Source of the DNA: an uncultured Cytophagales bacterium
Lineage (GTDB): Bacteria; Bacteroidota; Bacteroidia; Cytophagales; Bernardetiaceae
Direction: 5' to 3'
Length of the DNA: 64,000 bases
Assembly: GCA_963761725.1 (NCBI GenBank)
Contig: CAVXHP010000006.1
Coordinates: 445,534-509,533, forward strand
Of the stretch, positions 1-10,322 are shown piece by piece. The first letter of the stretch is position 1. Every line of letters starts with the position of its first letter. The translations under genes and the position numbers were made by a program. Below the pieces are notes generated by a model. The model was not told where the DNA came from. It searched no databases and saw nothing but the letters and a program-made list of their open reading frames with translations.

Positions 1-737
1 TCAGAAGATTGTATTCTGATAGTTTCATTATCTGTTCCGATGGAAATCAAATACTCTCTGATTTTTTCTGATTGCTTTTCATACTTACTTTCCAAAACAA
101 TAAAATAACCTAACCTTGAATACTTGGCTGCAATTTCTAGTTCCTTTTTACTTCTCTGCGTAATTTCGTTTTTTTGATTAATTAGAATAGGCGAAATTTT
201 TGGTGCGTCGGCTTTTTCAGAAGAGTACCAGCCTTTTTCTTCTTTGTTTTCTTCTTTTTGTTTTTCTGTTTTATTTGAAGTCTTTTTTTCAATAAAGCTA
301 TTTTTTTTGATAGCTACTTCTTCTAAATTATTTTCTGAAGAAGCCGAAAAAATTACTTTCTCTTCGATGGTACTACTTTTACTATTTTGGGTTTTTGCTT
401 GTCTTTCTTCTTTTAATCTTTCCTGTTCCATTCCTACCAAACGTTCTTCTTCCCATCTGCGAAGCTGTTTTTTGGATACTTTTATTTGTTCTACTTTTTG
501 TTTTCCTATATCTCCACAACTAAAAGGCTTGCGTTGAAAAGCAGTTTTGTTTTTAGATTTTCTATTAAATTTATTTTTTCTTTTAAATCTTTTAGTAAAA
601 AAATTTCCTTTTTTCGTTGTTTGTGCTTCTACTTGTGTAGTTTCGATGGCAGGAAGAGCTATAAGAAGAACTAACACTAACAAGAGGAAACGAAATGCTT
701 TTCTGATATAATAGGTATAAGTAAATAGTTGTTTCAT
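1..737 (-). CDS. hypothetical secreted K/E-rich protein (3' end runs off window start; N-terminal signal peptide)
   Basis: Reverse-strand ATG at 737-735 followed by a hydrophobic signal-like N-terminus (MKQLFTYTYYIRKAFRFLLLVLVLLIALPA...) and an uninterrupted K/E-rich frame to position 1. The plus-strand ORFs 244..537 and 486..674 are low-complexity mirror artefacts of this gene. Confidence 0.45.
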   Translation of the reverse strand, partial: MKQLFTYTYYIRKAFRFLLLVLVLLIALPAIETTQVEAQTTKKGNFFTKRFKRKNKFNRKSKNKTAFQRKPFSCGDIGKQKVEQIKVSKKQLRRWEEERLVGMEQERLKEERQAKTQNSKSSTIEEKVIFSASSENNLEEVAIKKNSFIEKKTSNKTEKQKEENKEEKGWYSSEKADAPKISPILINQKNEITQRSKKELEIAAKYSRLGYFIVLESKYEKQSEKIREYLISIGTDNETIRIQSS

Positions 738-984
738 GGTATTAAATCTTTTTCAAAAGTCCTTTTTAATTTTGTATTACTACTTGTACAGAACCTTCTT
801 TATCGGAAATTTTTCTGATTTGAATTACATATCAACTCAAATTATTTACCTTATTAACGCAGTTGCTACTAAAGTAGTATATTCGACTACTTAAAGATAC
901 AAAAAATTTGCTTTTATCGCAAAAAAAGACACGTTTATCGAAGAAAACCCCAAATCCACCGAATTAATTGCCTATTTTTCTTTT

Positions 985-1410
985 TTATAAATTACACGTT
1001 GAACATGTTCCACTCAATAAAAATTCTGCCTCCTCTACCTCATATCCTTGTGGTAAATTCAAATCTGGAAGTTGAATTTGAGAAAGACAATATACATGCT
1101 CACATTTCTGACACTTAAAATGGACATGATTTTCGTTATGCTGATGTTCCTGACAATTGCTCTCACAAAGTGCATATTTCGTCTGTCCTGCTCTATCAGG
1201 AACTTTATGCAAAATTCCTTTTTCCTCAAATGAAGTCAATGTTCTGTAAATAGTAACTCTATCAAATTCTTCTCCTACAAGTTCTTCGATATTCTGATGA
1301 GAAAGAGCTGTTTGAGACTCCAAAAAAGACTCTAAAATAGCCATTCGACAAGGCGTTTTGCGAAGGTTGTGTTTTCTTAAAAAATCTGTAGGTAGAGGGA
1401 AATTGTGCAT
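985..1410 (-). CDS. Fur-family (Fur/Zur/PerR) metal-responsive transcriptional regulator
   Basis: 141 aa with a winged-helix N-terminus (RxTxQRxAIL-like RMAILESF, YRTL) and a C-terminal metal site with HHxH, CxxC ... CxxC motifs typical of Fur. Confidence 0.8.
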   Translation of the reverse strand: MHNFPLPTDFLRKHNLRKTPCRMAILESFLESQTALSHQNIEELVGEEFDRVTIYRTLTSFEEKGILHKVPDRAGQTKYALCESNCQEHQHNENHVHFKCQKCEHVYCLSQIQLPDLNLPQGYEVEEAEFLLSGTCSTCNL

Positions 1411-1719
1411 TTTATGGGAGATTGAGAAATGAAGATTAGAAAATAGGGAGTGAAAATTAAATTTAAAAATTAGAGATTAGGAAATCAGAATTAGTAAGAT
1501 AAAATAGCACAAAAATGCAGAAAGCAAATTTATTTTTCTTGTGATAAAATATAATATAATAAAAGATTTTTTGAGAGAAAAAACGCATCTTTGCAAAATA
1601 ATCTTGTAAAATAATTCTATCCCCTTCATCTAACTAGAAAACGAAATTAATTAGATTTAGTTTTTATGGAAATTAGGCAAGATAATCAAAAATATTTTAT
1701 CATTATAAACTAAAACAAT

Positions 1720-2376
1720 ATGAAATTTTTCGTAGATACAGCCAACCTTCAAGAAATCAGAGAATGTCAAGAATTAGGAATTTTGGACGGTGTAACCACT
1801 AATCCTTCTCTCATGGCAAAGGTAGGAATTACTGGAAAAAATGCTATCTTTAGTCATTATAAGGCTATTTGTGATATTGTAGATGATAATGTAAGTGCAG
1901 AAGTAATTGGTACAGAATACAAAGAAATCATCAGAGAAGGCGAAGAACTTGCCGAAATTGATAGCAAGATTGTAGTAAAAGTACCCATGATAAAAGACGG
2001 GGTTCGTGCTATAAAATATTTTTCAGACAAAGGAATTCGTACTAATTGTACGCTTATTTTTTCGGCAGGTCAGGCAATTTTGGCAGCCAAAGCAGGAGCA
2101 AGTTATGTTTCTCCTTTTATTGGTCGTCTTGATGATATTGGTTCTGATGGAATGGAACTTATTGAACAGTTAGTAGATATTTTTGGTAATTATGGCTTCG
2201 AAACCGAAATTTTGGCAGCTTCTGTTCGTCATACCATGCACCTTTTGCAGTGTGCAGAAGTAGGTGCTGACGTGGTTACCTGTCCTTCAAGCGTAATTAT
2301 GGGACTTCTAAATCATCCACTTACAGACAAAGGATTAGCTACATTTTTGGCAGATGCTAAGAAATTGAATATGTAA
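1720..2376 (+). CDS. tal: transaldolase / fructose-6-phosphate aldolase (short TalC/FsaA type)
   Basis: 218 aa, MKFFVDTANLQEI...GVTTNPSL and the catalytic Lys region (VVKVP), as in short transaldolases. Confidence 0.85.
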   Translation: MKFFVDTANLQEIRECQELGILDGVTTNPSLMAKVGITGKNAIFSHYKAICDIVDDNVSAEVIGTEYKEIIREGEELAEIDSKIVVKVPMIKDGVRAIKYFSDKGIRTNCTLIFSAGQAILAAKAGASYVSPFIGRLDDIGSDGMELIEQLVDIFGNYGFETEILAASVRHTMHLLQCAEVGADVVTCPSSVIMGLLNHPLTDKGLATFLADAKKLNM

Positions 2377-2527
2377 ATTTTAAGGAATTGGGAATTAGAG
2401 AATGGAGATTAGGAACTATCATGAATAATACTTGAAAAATATCTTATATTCTGAAGAGATTCATTGCTTTTCATTTCATTTGTAATTCCCTATTTCCCAA
2501 ACCCTAATTTCTAATTCCCTGTTTTTC

Positions 2528-3343
2528 ATGTTTGGACTAATTGGTAAAAAACTTTCGCATTCTTTTTCTAAGAAATATTTTACAGAAAAATTTCAAAAAC
2601 TTGGTCTTTCTCCAAAAGACGGTTATGTTTATGAGCTTTTTGAATTAGATGAAATAGAAGATTTTCAGAATTTAATCAAAGAAAATTCTACCTCAAAATC
2701 AAGCTCAAAATTAAGCTTGAGAGGACTTAATGTAACCATTCCTTACAAAAAACCTATCATTCCATTTTTAGATAAACTTGACCCAACTGCTCAAAAAATT
2801 GGTGCAGTAAATACTATCAAAATAGAAAACGATGGAACAAAAATAGGTTATAATACTGATTATATTGGTTTCAAGAATAGTTTAAAGAAATTTTTAAATA
2901 TAAATTCAACTACTTTTTTTGAAGAAAAAGCATTAGTTTTAGGAACAGGTGGCGCAGCACAAGCCGTAAAAGTAGCTTTAGAAGATTTGAATATAAAATT
3001 TGATTTTGCTTCTTCTTCTATCACTTCTTCGTCAAAAGCAATTCAAGAAAATGATTTTTACAAAACACTTCCTTATTCAAAAATTAATATCGAAAATTAT
3101 AAGTTAATTATCAATACAACACCTTTAGGAATGTTTCCAAATATTGATGATTTTCCACCTTTATCAGAAGAAAATTATAATAAAATTAATGAACATTATT
3201 TTCTGTATGATTTGGTTTATAATCCAGAAGAAACTGCTTTTTTGAAAAAAGGAAAGGCAAAAAATGCAAAAATCAAAAGTGGTTTGGAAATGCTACACGG
3301 ACAAGCAGAAGCAGCAGCGAAGATTTGGGGAATTAGTGATTAG
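2528..3343 (+). CDS. aroE: shikimate 5-dehydrogenase
   Basis: Conserved N-terminal GLIG..LSHS.S motif, NVTIPYK, and the GTGGAAQAV Rossmann motif. Confidence 0.8.
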   Translation: MFGLIGKKLSHSFSKKYFTEKFQKLGLSPKDGYVYELFELDEIEDFQNLIKENSTSKSSSKLSLRGLNVTIPYKKPIIPFLDKLDPTAQKIGAVNTIKIENDGTKIGYNTDYIGFKNSLKKFLNINSTTFFEEKALVLGTGGAAQAVKVALEDLNIKFDFASSSITSSSKAIQENDFYKTLPYSKINIENYKLIINTTPLGMFPNIDDFPPLSEENYNKINEHYFLYDLVYNPEETAFLKKGKAKNAKIKSGLEMLHGQAEAAAKIWGISD

Positions 3344-3467
3344 TGGAAATTGCTCTATGAAACAATTCTTTTGAATTTATTCTCAAAATACATTTGTATT
3401 CTCCCTAAACTCCTCAACCTCTGTGGTTAAAAAGTATTCGTATTTCCCATTTCCTCGCCCCCATTCC

Positions 3468-4277
3468 CTACTCTCCCTTCAATATAACTTCAAAACTTCC
3501 CTCACACTTCTGTATTCTAATAATAATTCCTTTGCTTTTTCTTCCGAAATCTCCAATTCTTCTACCAAAAAACGTGTTCCTCTTTTCAATAAGTTTTTGG
3601 TTAGAGAGCTGCATATCTACCATTTTATTTCCTTTTACTTTTCCTAATTGTATCATTACAGAAGTTGAAATCATATTCAAAACTAACTTTTGCGCTGTTC
3701 CTGCTTTCATGCGTGTGCTTCCAGTTACAAATTCTGCTCCCACAATTACTTCAATCGGAAACTGACTTGCTGCTGCAACTCCAGAATTTTTGTTACAAAC
3801 AATACAACCTGTCAAAAGTCCGTTTCCATTCGCTTTTTCTAATCCTCCAATTACGTAAGGCGTTCTGCCAGAAGCTGCAATTCCGATAAGTGTATCGTTT
3901 TTTGTTGGATTATAAGCTGCCAAATCTTTCCACGCTTGATTATTGTCATCTTCGGCAAATTCTACGGCTTTTCTGATTGCAGCATCTCCACCAGCAATAA
4001 GTCCGACCACTACATCGTGAGAAACTCCAAAAGTAGGAGGACATTCGGAAGCATCTACAACGCCTAAACGTCCACTTGTTCCTGCACCTATATAAAAAAG
4101 CCGTCCTCCTTTTTTCATTCGGATTACTATTTCTACTACTAATTTTTCTATATCTTCAATTACTTCTTTAACGGCAAAGGCGACTTTTTGGTCTTCTTGA
4201 TTTATGTTGAATAATAAATCTTTGACAGACATTTTTTCTAAATCTGTATAAAATGAATTTGATTCGGTAGTTGTCAT
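3468..4277 (-). CDS. murQ: N-acetylmuramic acid 6-phosphate etherase (SIS domain)
   Basis: SIS-domain motifs GAGTSGRLG, GIAASGRTPYV and the MurQ-like C-terminus. The extreme C-terminus may be affected by a frame problem. Confidence 0.75.
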   Translation of the reverse strand: MTTTESNSFYTDLEKMSVKDLLFNINQEDQKVAFAVKEVIEDIEKLVVEIVIRMKKGGRLFYIGAGTSGRLGVVDASECPPTFGVSHDVVVGLIAGGDAAIRKAVEFAEDDNNQAWKDLAAYNPTKNDTLIGIAASGRTPYVIGGLEKANGNGLLTGCIVCNKNSGVAAASQFPIEVIVGAEFVTGSTRMKAGTAQKLVLNMISTSVMIQLGKVKGNKMVDMQLSNQKLIEKRNTFFGRRIGDFGRKSKGIIIRIQKCEGSFEVILKGE

Positions 4278-4445
4278 TTTGTTTTATTTTTTTTATAAAA
4301 AGATGATTAAAATTATTTTCCTGCAAATTATGTAATTGCAATTATCTGTATTCTAAAATACTATCAGTCCTACAAATTTTCAACAAATTAGTTAAAGTAT
4401 TTTCAAAAAAGTAATTCGTATTTATCCTGCATTTCATCATAAAGA

Positions 4446-4482
4446 TCATATCAATCACTCGCCAATCAGTTACAGTATTTTT
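4446..4482. repeat. conserved ~37-bp intergenic motif TCATAT(C/A)AATCACTCGC(C/T)AATCAGTTACAGTATTTT (copy 1; copy 2 at 14472-14507)
   Basis: Two near-identical copies ~10 kb apart, both in gene 3' flanks. They share the ATCAGTTACAGT core with the wider CAGTTACCAGT repeat family. Confidence 0.6.
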
Positions 4483-4494
4483 TCTAACTATTCG

Positions 4495-6192
4495 TTATTT
4501 TTTCTTACCAATTCTGGAAAGCAAAATAGCAGGTAAAAGGCTTATCAAAATAATCAAAAGTGCAGGTAAAGCCGATTGAGCTACAAATTCTTGGTCTGCT
4601 AATTCATACGCCTTTGTCGCTAAAGTATCATAATTGAAAGGTCGTAAAATAAGTGTCAAAGGTAATTCTTTGCTCACATCTACAAAAACCAAAAGTAAAG
4701 CCGTTAGCATTGCAGGACGTAAGAAGAGGAAATGTAATTTTGAAAAAAGTCTGTGTAGCATTTTTTCCTAACATTCTAGAAGCCGATTCTAAAGAAGTTC
4801 CTATCTTAATCAACTGACTTTCAATAGGCTGAAAACCAACCGACAAGAAACGAACAGAATAAGCATAAATCAAAGAAACGACAGTTCCAGAAACAAATAA
4901 ACCAATTTTTATATCAAAATTATTCAATAGAAAAGAATATAATTTTTTATCAATCCAAAGAAAAACACCCAAAACTCCAACAGCAATTACAGCCCCCGGA
5001 ACGGCATAACCCATTGTAGCAATTCTACTAATTGACTGTTGAAAAAATAAAGAAAAAGGATAATTTTTGATAGAACAAAAAAAAATGTAGCCATTTGATT
5101 TATCAAATTTTCCTTTCTTACCATCTTCTCTGCCGTTGCTCGTGTCCTCACGAGCGACATTAAAACCACTCTCGCCGTTGTTGGTGTCCTCACCAACGAC
5201 ATTCAAACCAATATTTTTCTGATAAAGTCCCAACAAAACAGCTACAATCACAACTACAAAAGCACTCAAAAAAGTAATGTAATTGTGTGAGAAGCCAAGT
5301 AATAAATTTCTTCATTCAAAACATTACTTATTCCTTTGTCTTCAAATTCTTTAATTGTCCATAAAATAAGCTGCAAAACAGGAAATCCGAAAGCAAAACA
5401 AAAAATAATTCCACAATAACAAAAAGCAAAAATTTGTTGATAGACATTTAATGTTTTTCGTGGCATTTGAGCCGTATTTTTATCATCCGAAAAAGCCATT
5501 CTACCACGCTGATTTTTCTCCAAAATCACTAACAAAACAATCACTCCTAAAAGACATAAAGCTAGTTTCAAAGCAGCTTTTACATCTCCAAACTTTGCCC
5601 ACGCACTAAAAATTCCTGTCGTAAAAGTTTGTATTCCGTAATATTTGAAAGTGCCATATTCATTCAAAACTTCCATCATAACAAGTAAAAGTCCACCAAA
5701 AATAAAAGGACGAGCGAGTGGCAAAACAATTTTGAAAAATGTATAAATAGAAGATTTCCCCAGCATTTTTGAAGCCTCCCAAACACTTCCCAACTGATTG
5801 GAAAAAGCTGTTTTACTGACTGCATAAACGTACGGATAAAGAGCTAAAGAAAGAATAAATATTCCACCCAAATCGGACATAATTGGAACAGAAGGCAAAC
5901 TATTTTCTCTCAAAAAAATTCCAACTCCACCTGTATAAGAAAGCGTTGCAGCATAGGTATAAGCCAAAATATAAGCAGGAATGGCAAGAGGTAAAATCAA
6001 TGACCATTCAAAAAATTTACGTCCAAAAAAATCTGTAGCCGAAACTAGCCAAGCCGTAGGAAGACCCAAAAAAAGAACTCCCAAACTGACACCAAAAAGC
6101 ATTTTGAGAGAACCTAAAGTATAATCAAGCAACAAATTTTCAGAAATATGTTTCCAAGCCGTGCTACTTTCTCCATTATCCACCAAAATCAA
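4495..6192 (-). CDS. iron(III)-type ABC transporter permease (two-domain FbpB/ThiP family), disrupted: apparent frameshifts near 4765 and 5270-5275 plus an in-frame REP-like insertion
   Basis: ORFs 5266..6192, 4628..5269 and 4495..4761 together reconstruct a two-half ABC permease (ELP...LRPFNYDTLAT motif present). The breaks fall in T/A homopolymers. No ATPase or binding-protein partner is adjacent. Confidence 0.65.
5125..5210. repeat. two tandem 42-bp palindromic REP-like units (GCCGTTGCTCGTGTCCTCACGAGCGACATT / GCCGTTGTTGGTGTCCTCACCAACGACATT) embedded in frame in the permease gene
   Basis: Perfect 7-bp stems with TCCT loops. The ORF reads through them, giving a hydrophilic insert (VVGEDTNNGESGFNVAREDTSNGREDGKKGK) between the two permease halves. 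Confidence 0.7.
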
Positions 6193-6428
6193 AAGCCGTA
6201 AAAAGATACAAAATTGGCATACTCCACACTAAAAGTAGCCCAATTACTAAAAAGTAAGACAAAATTGAAGAAAAAATTGATTTTATTTGTTGCATTTGGT
6301 AGATTTTACTACTTTTTTGCTAATTTTGTGAGCAGAAATATATTTTTAGCTAAGCTAACTTTCAATTTTGCAAAGGTAAAACAATTACTATAAAATTGAA
6401 TTTATAATTTTGTATTTTCGTGTAATAC

Positions 6429-6492
6429 GTAGCTGACAGTTTCCAACTGTCAGAAATAAAGTATAAACGACAGTTGGGAAACTGTCGGCTAC
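6429..6492. repeat. double-hairpin palindrome upstream of recN (GTAGCTGACAGTTTCCAACTGTCAG ... CGACAGTTGGGAAACTGTCGGCTAC)
   Basis: Two 8-9 bp stem hairpins that are reverse complements of each other, forming a larger 25-bp-arm inverted repeat about 50 bp upstream of the recN start. Confidence 0.6.
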
Positions 6493-6539
6493 TTAAAAGA
6501 ATTTTCCAAAAACCGTTATCATAAACGATAAAAAATACT

Positions 6540-8195
6540 ATGCTCAAACATTTGCTTATCGATAATTATGCGCTCATAGAGCATTTAGAAATCCAGCCTG
6601 ATTCTAACCTCAATGTCATTACTGGCGAAACAGGTGCAGGAAAGTCTATTCTGCGTGGTGCATTAGGACTTTTAGCAGGAAACAGAGCAGATACAAAAGT
6701 GCTCCTCAATCCTGATGGAAAATGTGTCATCGAAGGAACGTTTGATATTACCAATTATAAACTCAAAAAAGTTTTTGAGAAAGAAGATGTAGAATATGAT
6801 ACGACCTGTATTATAAGGAGGCAAATTGCGCCAAATGGTCGTTCAAGAGCTTTTATTAATGATATGCCTGTTCCTTTGGATTCACTCAAACGCATTGTTG
6901 TTCATTTGATGGATATTCACGCCCAGCACGATACAATGCAACTTTTTTCGAATGATTATCAAAGAAATGTGTTGGATTTGTACGCAAATACAAAGACACT
7001 TATAGAAATGTATGGACAAGAATTTAAGCAGTATAGAAAGATTATAAAAAAATATGAAGAACTAAAAAATGAAGAAATAAGACTTCGAAAAGAGTACGAT
7101 TATAATATGCACCTTTTGGAAGAATTAGAAAAAGCAGATTTAGAAAAAATTGATAAAGAGGAATTAGAACAGGAATTAGAACGCTTAGAAAATGTAGATT
7201 TTATACGAACTCAAATGTTGATTGCCTTTAATTCTTTGTCTGATGAAGAATATTCGGCTGAAAATATTTTGAGAGAAGCTGTTCATGCGCTTTCAAAAAC
7301 ACAATCTTTTTCGCCTTCTTTCGAAACACTTTATAATCGTCTGAATAGTGCGATGATAGAAATTCAAGATATTGCAAAAGAAATTGAAGCAGAATCTGAA
7401 CAGTTAGTAACAGACGAAGAAACGGCAGGAATTGTAAAACAAATTTTGAGTGCTTTGTATCATTTGGAAAACAAACATAATGTTCAGAGTAGTGAAGAAT
7501 TAATTACTATTCGCAATGATATTTCGGACAAAGTAAGAAAAGTAGAGAATTTTGATGATGATTTGAAAGACTTAAAAGAAGAGATTTTGAGAAGTAAAGC
7601 CTATCTGACAGATTTAGCAAATCAACTAACCGAGCAAAGAAAATCAGTTGTAGAAGATACGCAGAGCCAGATAAATTACCTTTTGGGAGAATTGGGAATG
7701 CCGAATGCTCGTTTTCAAATTGAAATTACACCTATTCCATTAAGTCCATCTGGTGCTGATTTGGTAGAATTTTGGTTTTCTGCAAACAAAGGAATTTCGC
7801 CTCAACCGTTGAAAGATGTTGCTTCTGGTGGAGAATTTTCTCGTTTGATGTTGTGTATAAAATACCGTTTGGCAAAACATATTTCACTTCCTACACTCGT
7901 TTTTGATGAAATTGATACAGGTATTTCTGGAGAAATTGCGCTAAAAATGGGTAAAATAATCCAAGATATGTCCAAAACACACCAAGTTTTGATTATTAGT
8001 CATTTGCCACAAGTTGCATCGCAAGGAAGTACGCATTACTTTATTTATAAAGATAATTCGTCTGACCGTACTGTTTCAAGAATCAAAAAACTATCGAATG
8101 ACGAAAGGGTAAAAGAAATTGCTCAAATGATTGGAGGTTCTACGCCAAGTACGAGTACGTATAATAGTGCAAAGGAACTTTTGCAAGTAAAATAA
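6540..8195 (+). CDS. recN: DNA repair protein RecN
   Basis: 551 aa with the N-terminal Walker A GETGAGKSIL, a long coiled-coil middle region and a C-terminal SGGE signature with the D-loop LVFDEIDTGISG. Confidence 0.9.
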   Translation: MLKHLLIDNYALIEHLEIQPDSNLNVITGETGAGKSILRGALGLLAGNRADTKVLLNPDGKCVIEGTFDITNYKLKKVFEKEDVEYDTTCIIRRQIAPNGRSRAFINDMPVPLDSLKRIVVHLMDIHAQHDTMQLFSNDYQRNVLDLYANTKTLIEMYGQEFKQYRKIIKKYEELKNEEIRLRKEYDYNMHLLEELEKADLEKIDKEELEQELERLENVDFIRTQMLIAFNSLSDEEYSAENILREAVHALSKTQSFSPSFETLYNRLNSAMIEIQDIAKEIEAESEQLVTDEETAGIVKQILSALYHLENKHNVQSSEELITIRNDISDKVRKVENFDDDLKDLKEEILRSKAYLTDLANQLTEQRKSVVEDTQSQINYLLGELGMPNARFQIEITPIPLSPSGADLVEFWFSANKGISPQPLKDVASGGEFSRLMLCIKYRLAKHISLPTLVFDEIDTGISGEIALKMGKIIQDMSKTHQVLIISHLPQVASQGSTHYFIYKDNSSDRTVSRIKKLSNDERVKEIAQMIGGSTPSTSTYNSAKELLQVK

Positions 8196-8299
8196 ATTTA
8201 TTTTATTGCGTTCAATTAGTCATACATTAATTGTAGAGTTTGAAATTTAGCTGCGTAGCTGCGTAATGTTTGTAGAAAGTTCGAAAATTTAAACGAAAA

Positions 8300-8938
8300 A
8301 TGAATCATGAAATCAAAACAGAATTACGAAATATCATTTCAGGAAAGAAGCAAGTTAGCGAAGGAAATTCTATCCAAACAATTGCCAACTACCTTAGAAG
8401 AAGCAAAGAAACAAGTAGAAATGCTCAAAAAAGGGAGTTTACAAAGCAAGAAGAAACAGAGTATTTAGTAAAATATATTTCTGATAATTCTTTGTGGATA
8501 AATGATTTAGAAAATTACGTTTACTTATCCGAAGGAGCAGAACAGAGAGTATATTTATCTAAAAATGCAACTCATGTTTTGAAATTAAATACTACTATTT
8601 TTTATGAATTTTGGATAGATTATTTTCATAGTTTACTGTTTCATAATTATTTCTTTCCTGACACAATTTACGAACTTGTAGGTTTTCATTACGATTCAAA
8701 TGAATTATGTGCTGTTGTAAAACAGAAGTATGTAAAAGCTGATAATCTAACAGATTTAGAAAATGTAAAGCATTTTTTGAACAAAAATAATTTCTTTATT
8801 AAGAAAAATAACGATTACTACAATTCAGATTTAGGTCTAATTTTGGAAGATTTACACGATGAAAATGTACTTACTTCTAGCGAAATGTTGTTTTTCATTG
8901 ATACCGTTTTTTATAGTACACCTTCATTTTTTGAATAG
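8300..8938 (+). CDS. hypothetical protein with a minimal protein-kinase-like signature
   Basis: 212 aa. LEDLHDENVL resembles a kinase catalytic loop (HxDxxxxN), IDT resembles the DFG Mg-binding site, and a VLKL Lys lies upstream. This is weak, motif-level evidence only. Confidence 0.35.
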   Translation: MNHEIKTELRNIISGKKQVSEGNSIQTIANYLRRSKETSRNAQKREFTKQEETEYLVKYISDNSLWINDLENYVYLSEGAEQRVYLSKNATHVLKLNTTIFYEFWIDYFHSLLFHNYFFPDTIYELVGFHYDSNELCAVVKQKYVKADNLTDLENVKHFLNKNNFFIKKNNDYYNSDLGLILEDLHDENVLTSSEMLFFIDTVFYSTPSFFE

Positions 8939-9090
8939 AAATTTTTTTACTATTTCCCTATTTCTTAAAAAAAGAAACAGAGATTTTTTTCAAACTATTT
9001 CAAATAAAATTACCTTTACAGAAAAAATAAAATCTAGCATTGTCAGACACTTTCATAAGTGTCAGACAATTTTAAAATATATAAACTATA

Positions 9091-10260
9091 ATGATAGATA
9101 TTTCTCAAATTCCTTCGCCTTGTTTTGTTTTGGAAGAAAAACTCCTTCGCCGAAATTTAGAAATTTTGGATAGTGTCCAAAAACGTACAGGAGTACATAT
9201 TATTTGTGCTTTAAAAGGCTTTTCGATGTTTAGTACATTTCCTTTAGTGCGCCAATATTTACATGGCTGTACATCTAGTTCGCTCTATGAGGCTCGTTTG
9301 GCTTTTGAGGAATTTGGACAGGAAGTTCACGCCTACGCACCTGCTTATACAGAAAAAGAATTTGACGAAATTATGACTTATGTAAATCATATTAGTTTCA
9401 ATTCTCTTTCACAGCATAATCGTTTTAAGGATAAACTAGCTCAAAATGAAGCGAAAACAGGCAAAAAAATATCAGCAGGTTTGCGTATCAATCCAGAATA
9501 TTCAGAGGTAGAAACAGATTTATATAATCCTTGTGTTCCTGGTTCTCGTTTCGGACTTACCTTTGATAAAATAGGCGAAAATCTTCCAGAAGGAATTGAA
9601 GGATTGCATTTTCATACGCTTTGTGAGCAAGGTGCAGACACATTAGAACGCACACTTATCCACGTAGAAGAAAAATTTGGTCATCTTTTGCACCAGTGCA
9701 AATGGCTAAATATGGGAGGTGGACATCACATTACACGAAAAGATTATGATGTAGAACTTTTGGTAAAACTTCTGAATAGAATAAAAGAAAAATACAATGT
9801 TCAGATTATCCTAGAACCAGGGGAAGCTGTAGGTTGGCAAACAGGTTATTTGGTGGCTTCTGTTCAAGATGTGATGGATAGCAGAGGAATTGAAGTAGCA
9901 ATTTTAGATGTTTCTTTTACGGCTCACATGCCAGACTGTTTGGAAATGCCCTATAAACCTAAAATTTGGAATGCAGAAGATGCTACCACGAGTTCGAAGA
10001 GTGAAGGAAAACATGTGTATCGTTTTGGTGGTTCTACTTGTTTGGCTGGAGATTTTATCGGAATGGGAGATTATGCTTTTGAAAATGAATTAAAAATAAA
10101 TGATAAAATCGTTTTTGATGATATGATTCATTATACGATGGTCAAAACTTCTACCTTTAATGGCGTTCCACATCCTTCTATTGGAATTTGGAAGGAAAGC
10201 AATGAATTTGAGTTAGTTAGAGAAATTGGTTACGAAATGTTTAAGAATAAATTGTCTTAG
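9091..10260 (+). CDS. nspC: carboxynorspermidine/carboxyspermidine decarboxylase
   Basis: 389 aa, N-terminal PCFVLEE.LL..NL...D, an internal HTLCE and a GGGHHIT region typical of NspC-family PLP decarboxylases. Confidence 0.8.
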   Translation: MIDISQIPSPCFVLEEKLLRRNLEILDSVQKRTGVHIICALKGFSMFSTFPLVRQYLHGCTSSSLYEARLAFEEFGQEVHAYAPAYTEKEFDEIMTYVNHISFNSLSQHNRFKDKLAQNEAKTGKKISAGLRINPEYSEVETDLYNPCVPGSRFGLTFDKIGENLPEGIEGLHFHTLCEQGADTLERTLIHVEEKFGHLLHQCKWLNMGGGHHITRKDYDVELLVKLLNRIKEKYNVQIILEPGEAVGWQTGYLVASVQDVMDSRGIEVAILDVSFTAHMPDCLEMPYKPKIWNAEDATTSSKSEGKHVYRFGGSTCLAGDFIGMGDYAFENELKINDKIVFDDMIHYTMVKTSTFNGVPHPSIGIWKESNEFELVREIGYEMFKNKLS

Positions 10261-10322
10261 AACCAAAAGAATTAAAAGTACGTTTATTTAGAAAATGAAC
10301 GTACTTACAAACCAGAAAAAAT

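Noticed and set aside
244-674. Plus-strand ORFs 244..537 and 486..674 (low-complexity F/L/S-rich)
   Set aside because: They lie antisense to a coherent reverse-strand gene (1..737, signal peptide plus K/E-rich protein). Their composition is the mirror image of that gene's lysine/glutamate codons.
8859-9173. ORF 8859..9173 (+), 104 aa
   Set aside because: Spans the 3' end of one gene, an intergenic spacer and the 5' end of nspC in a different frame. Low complexity.
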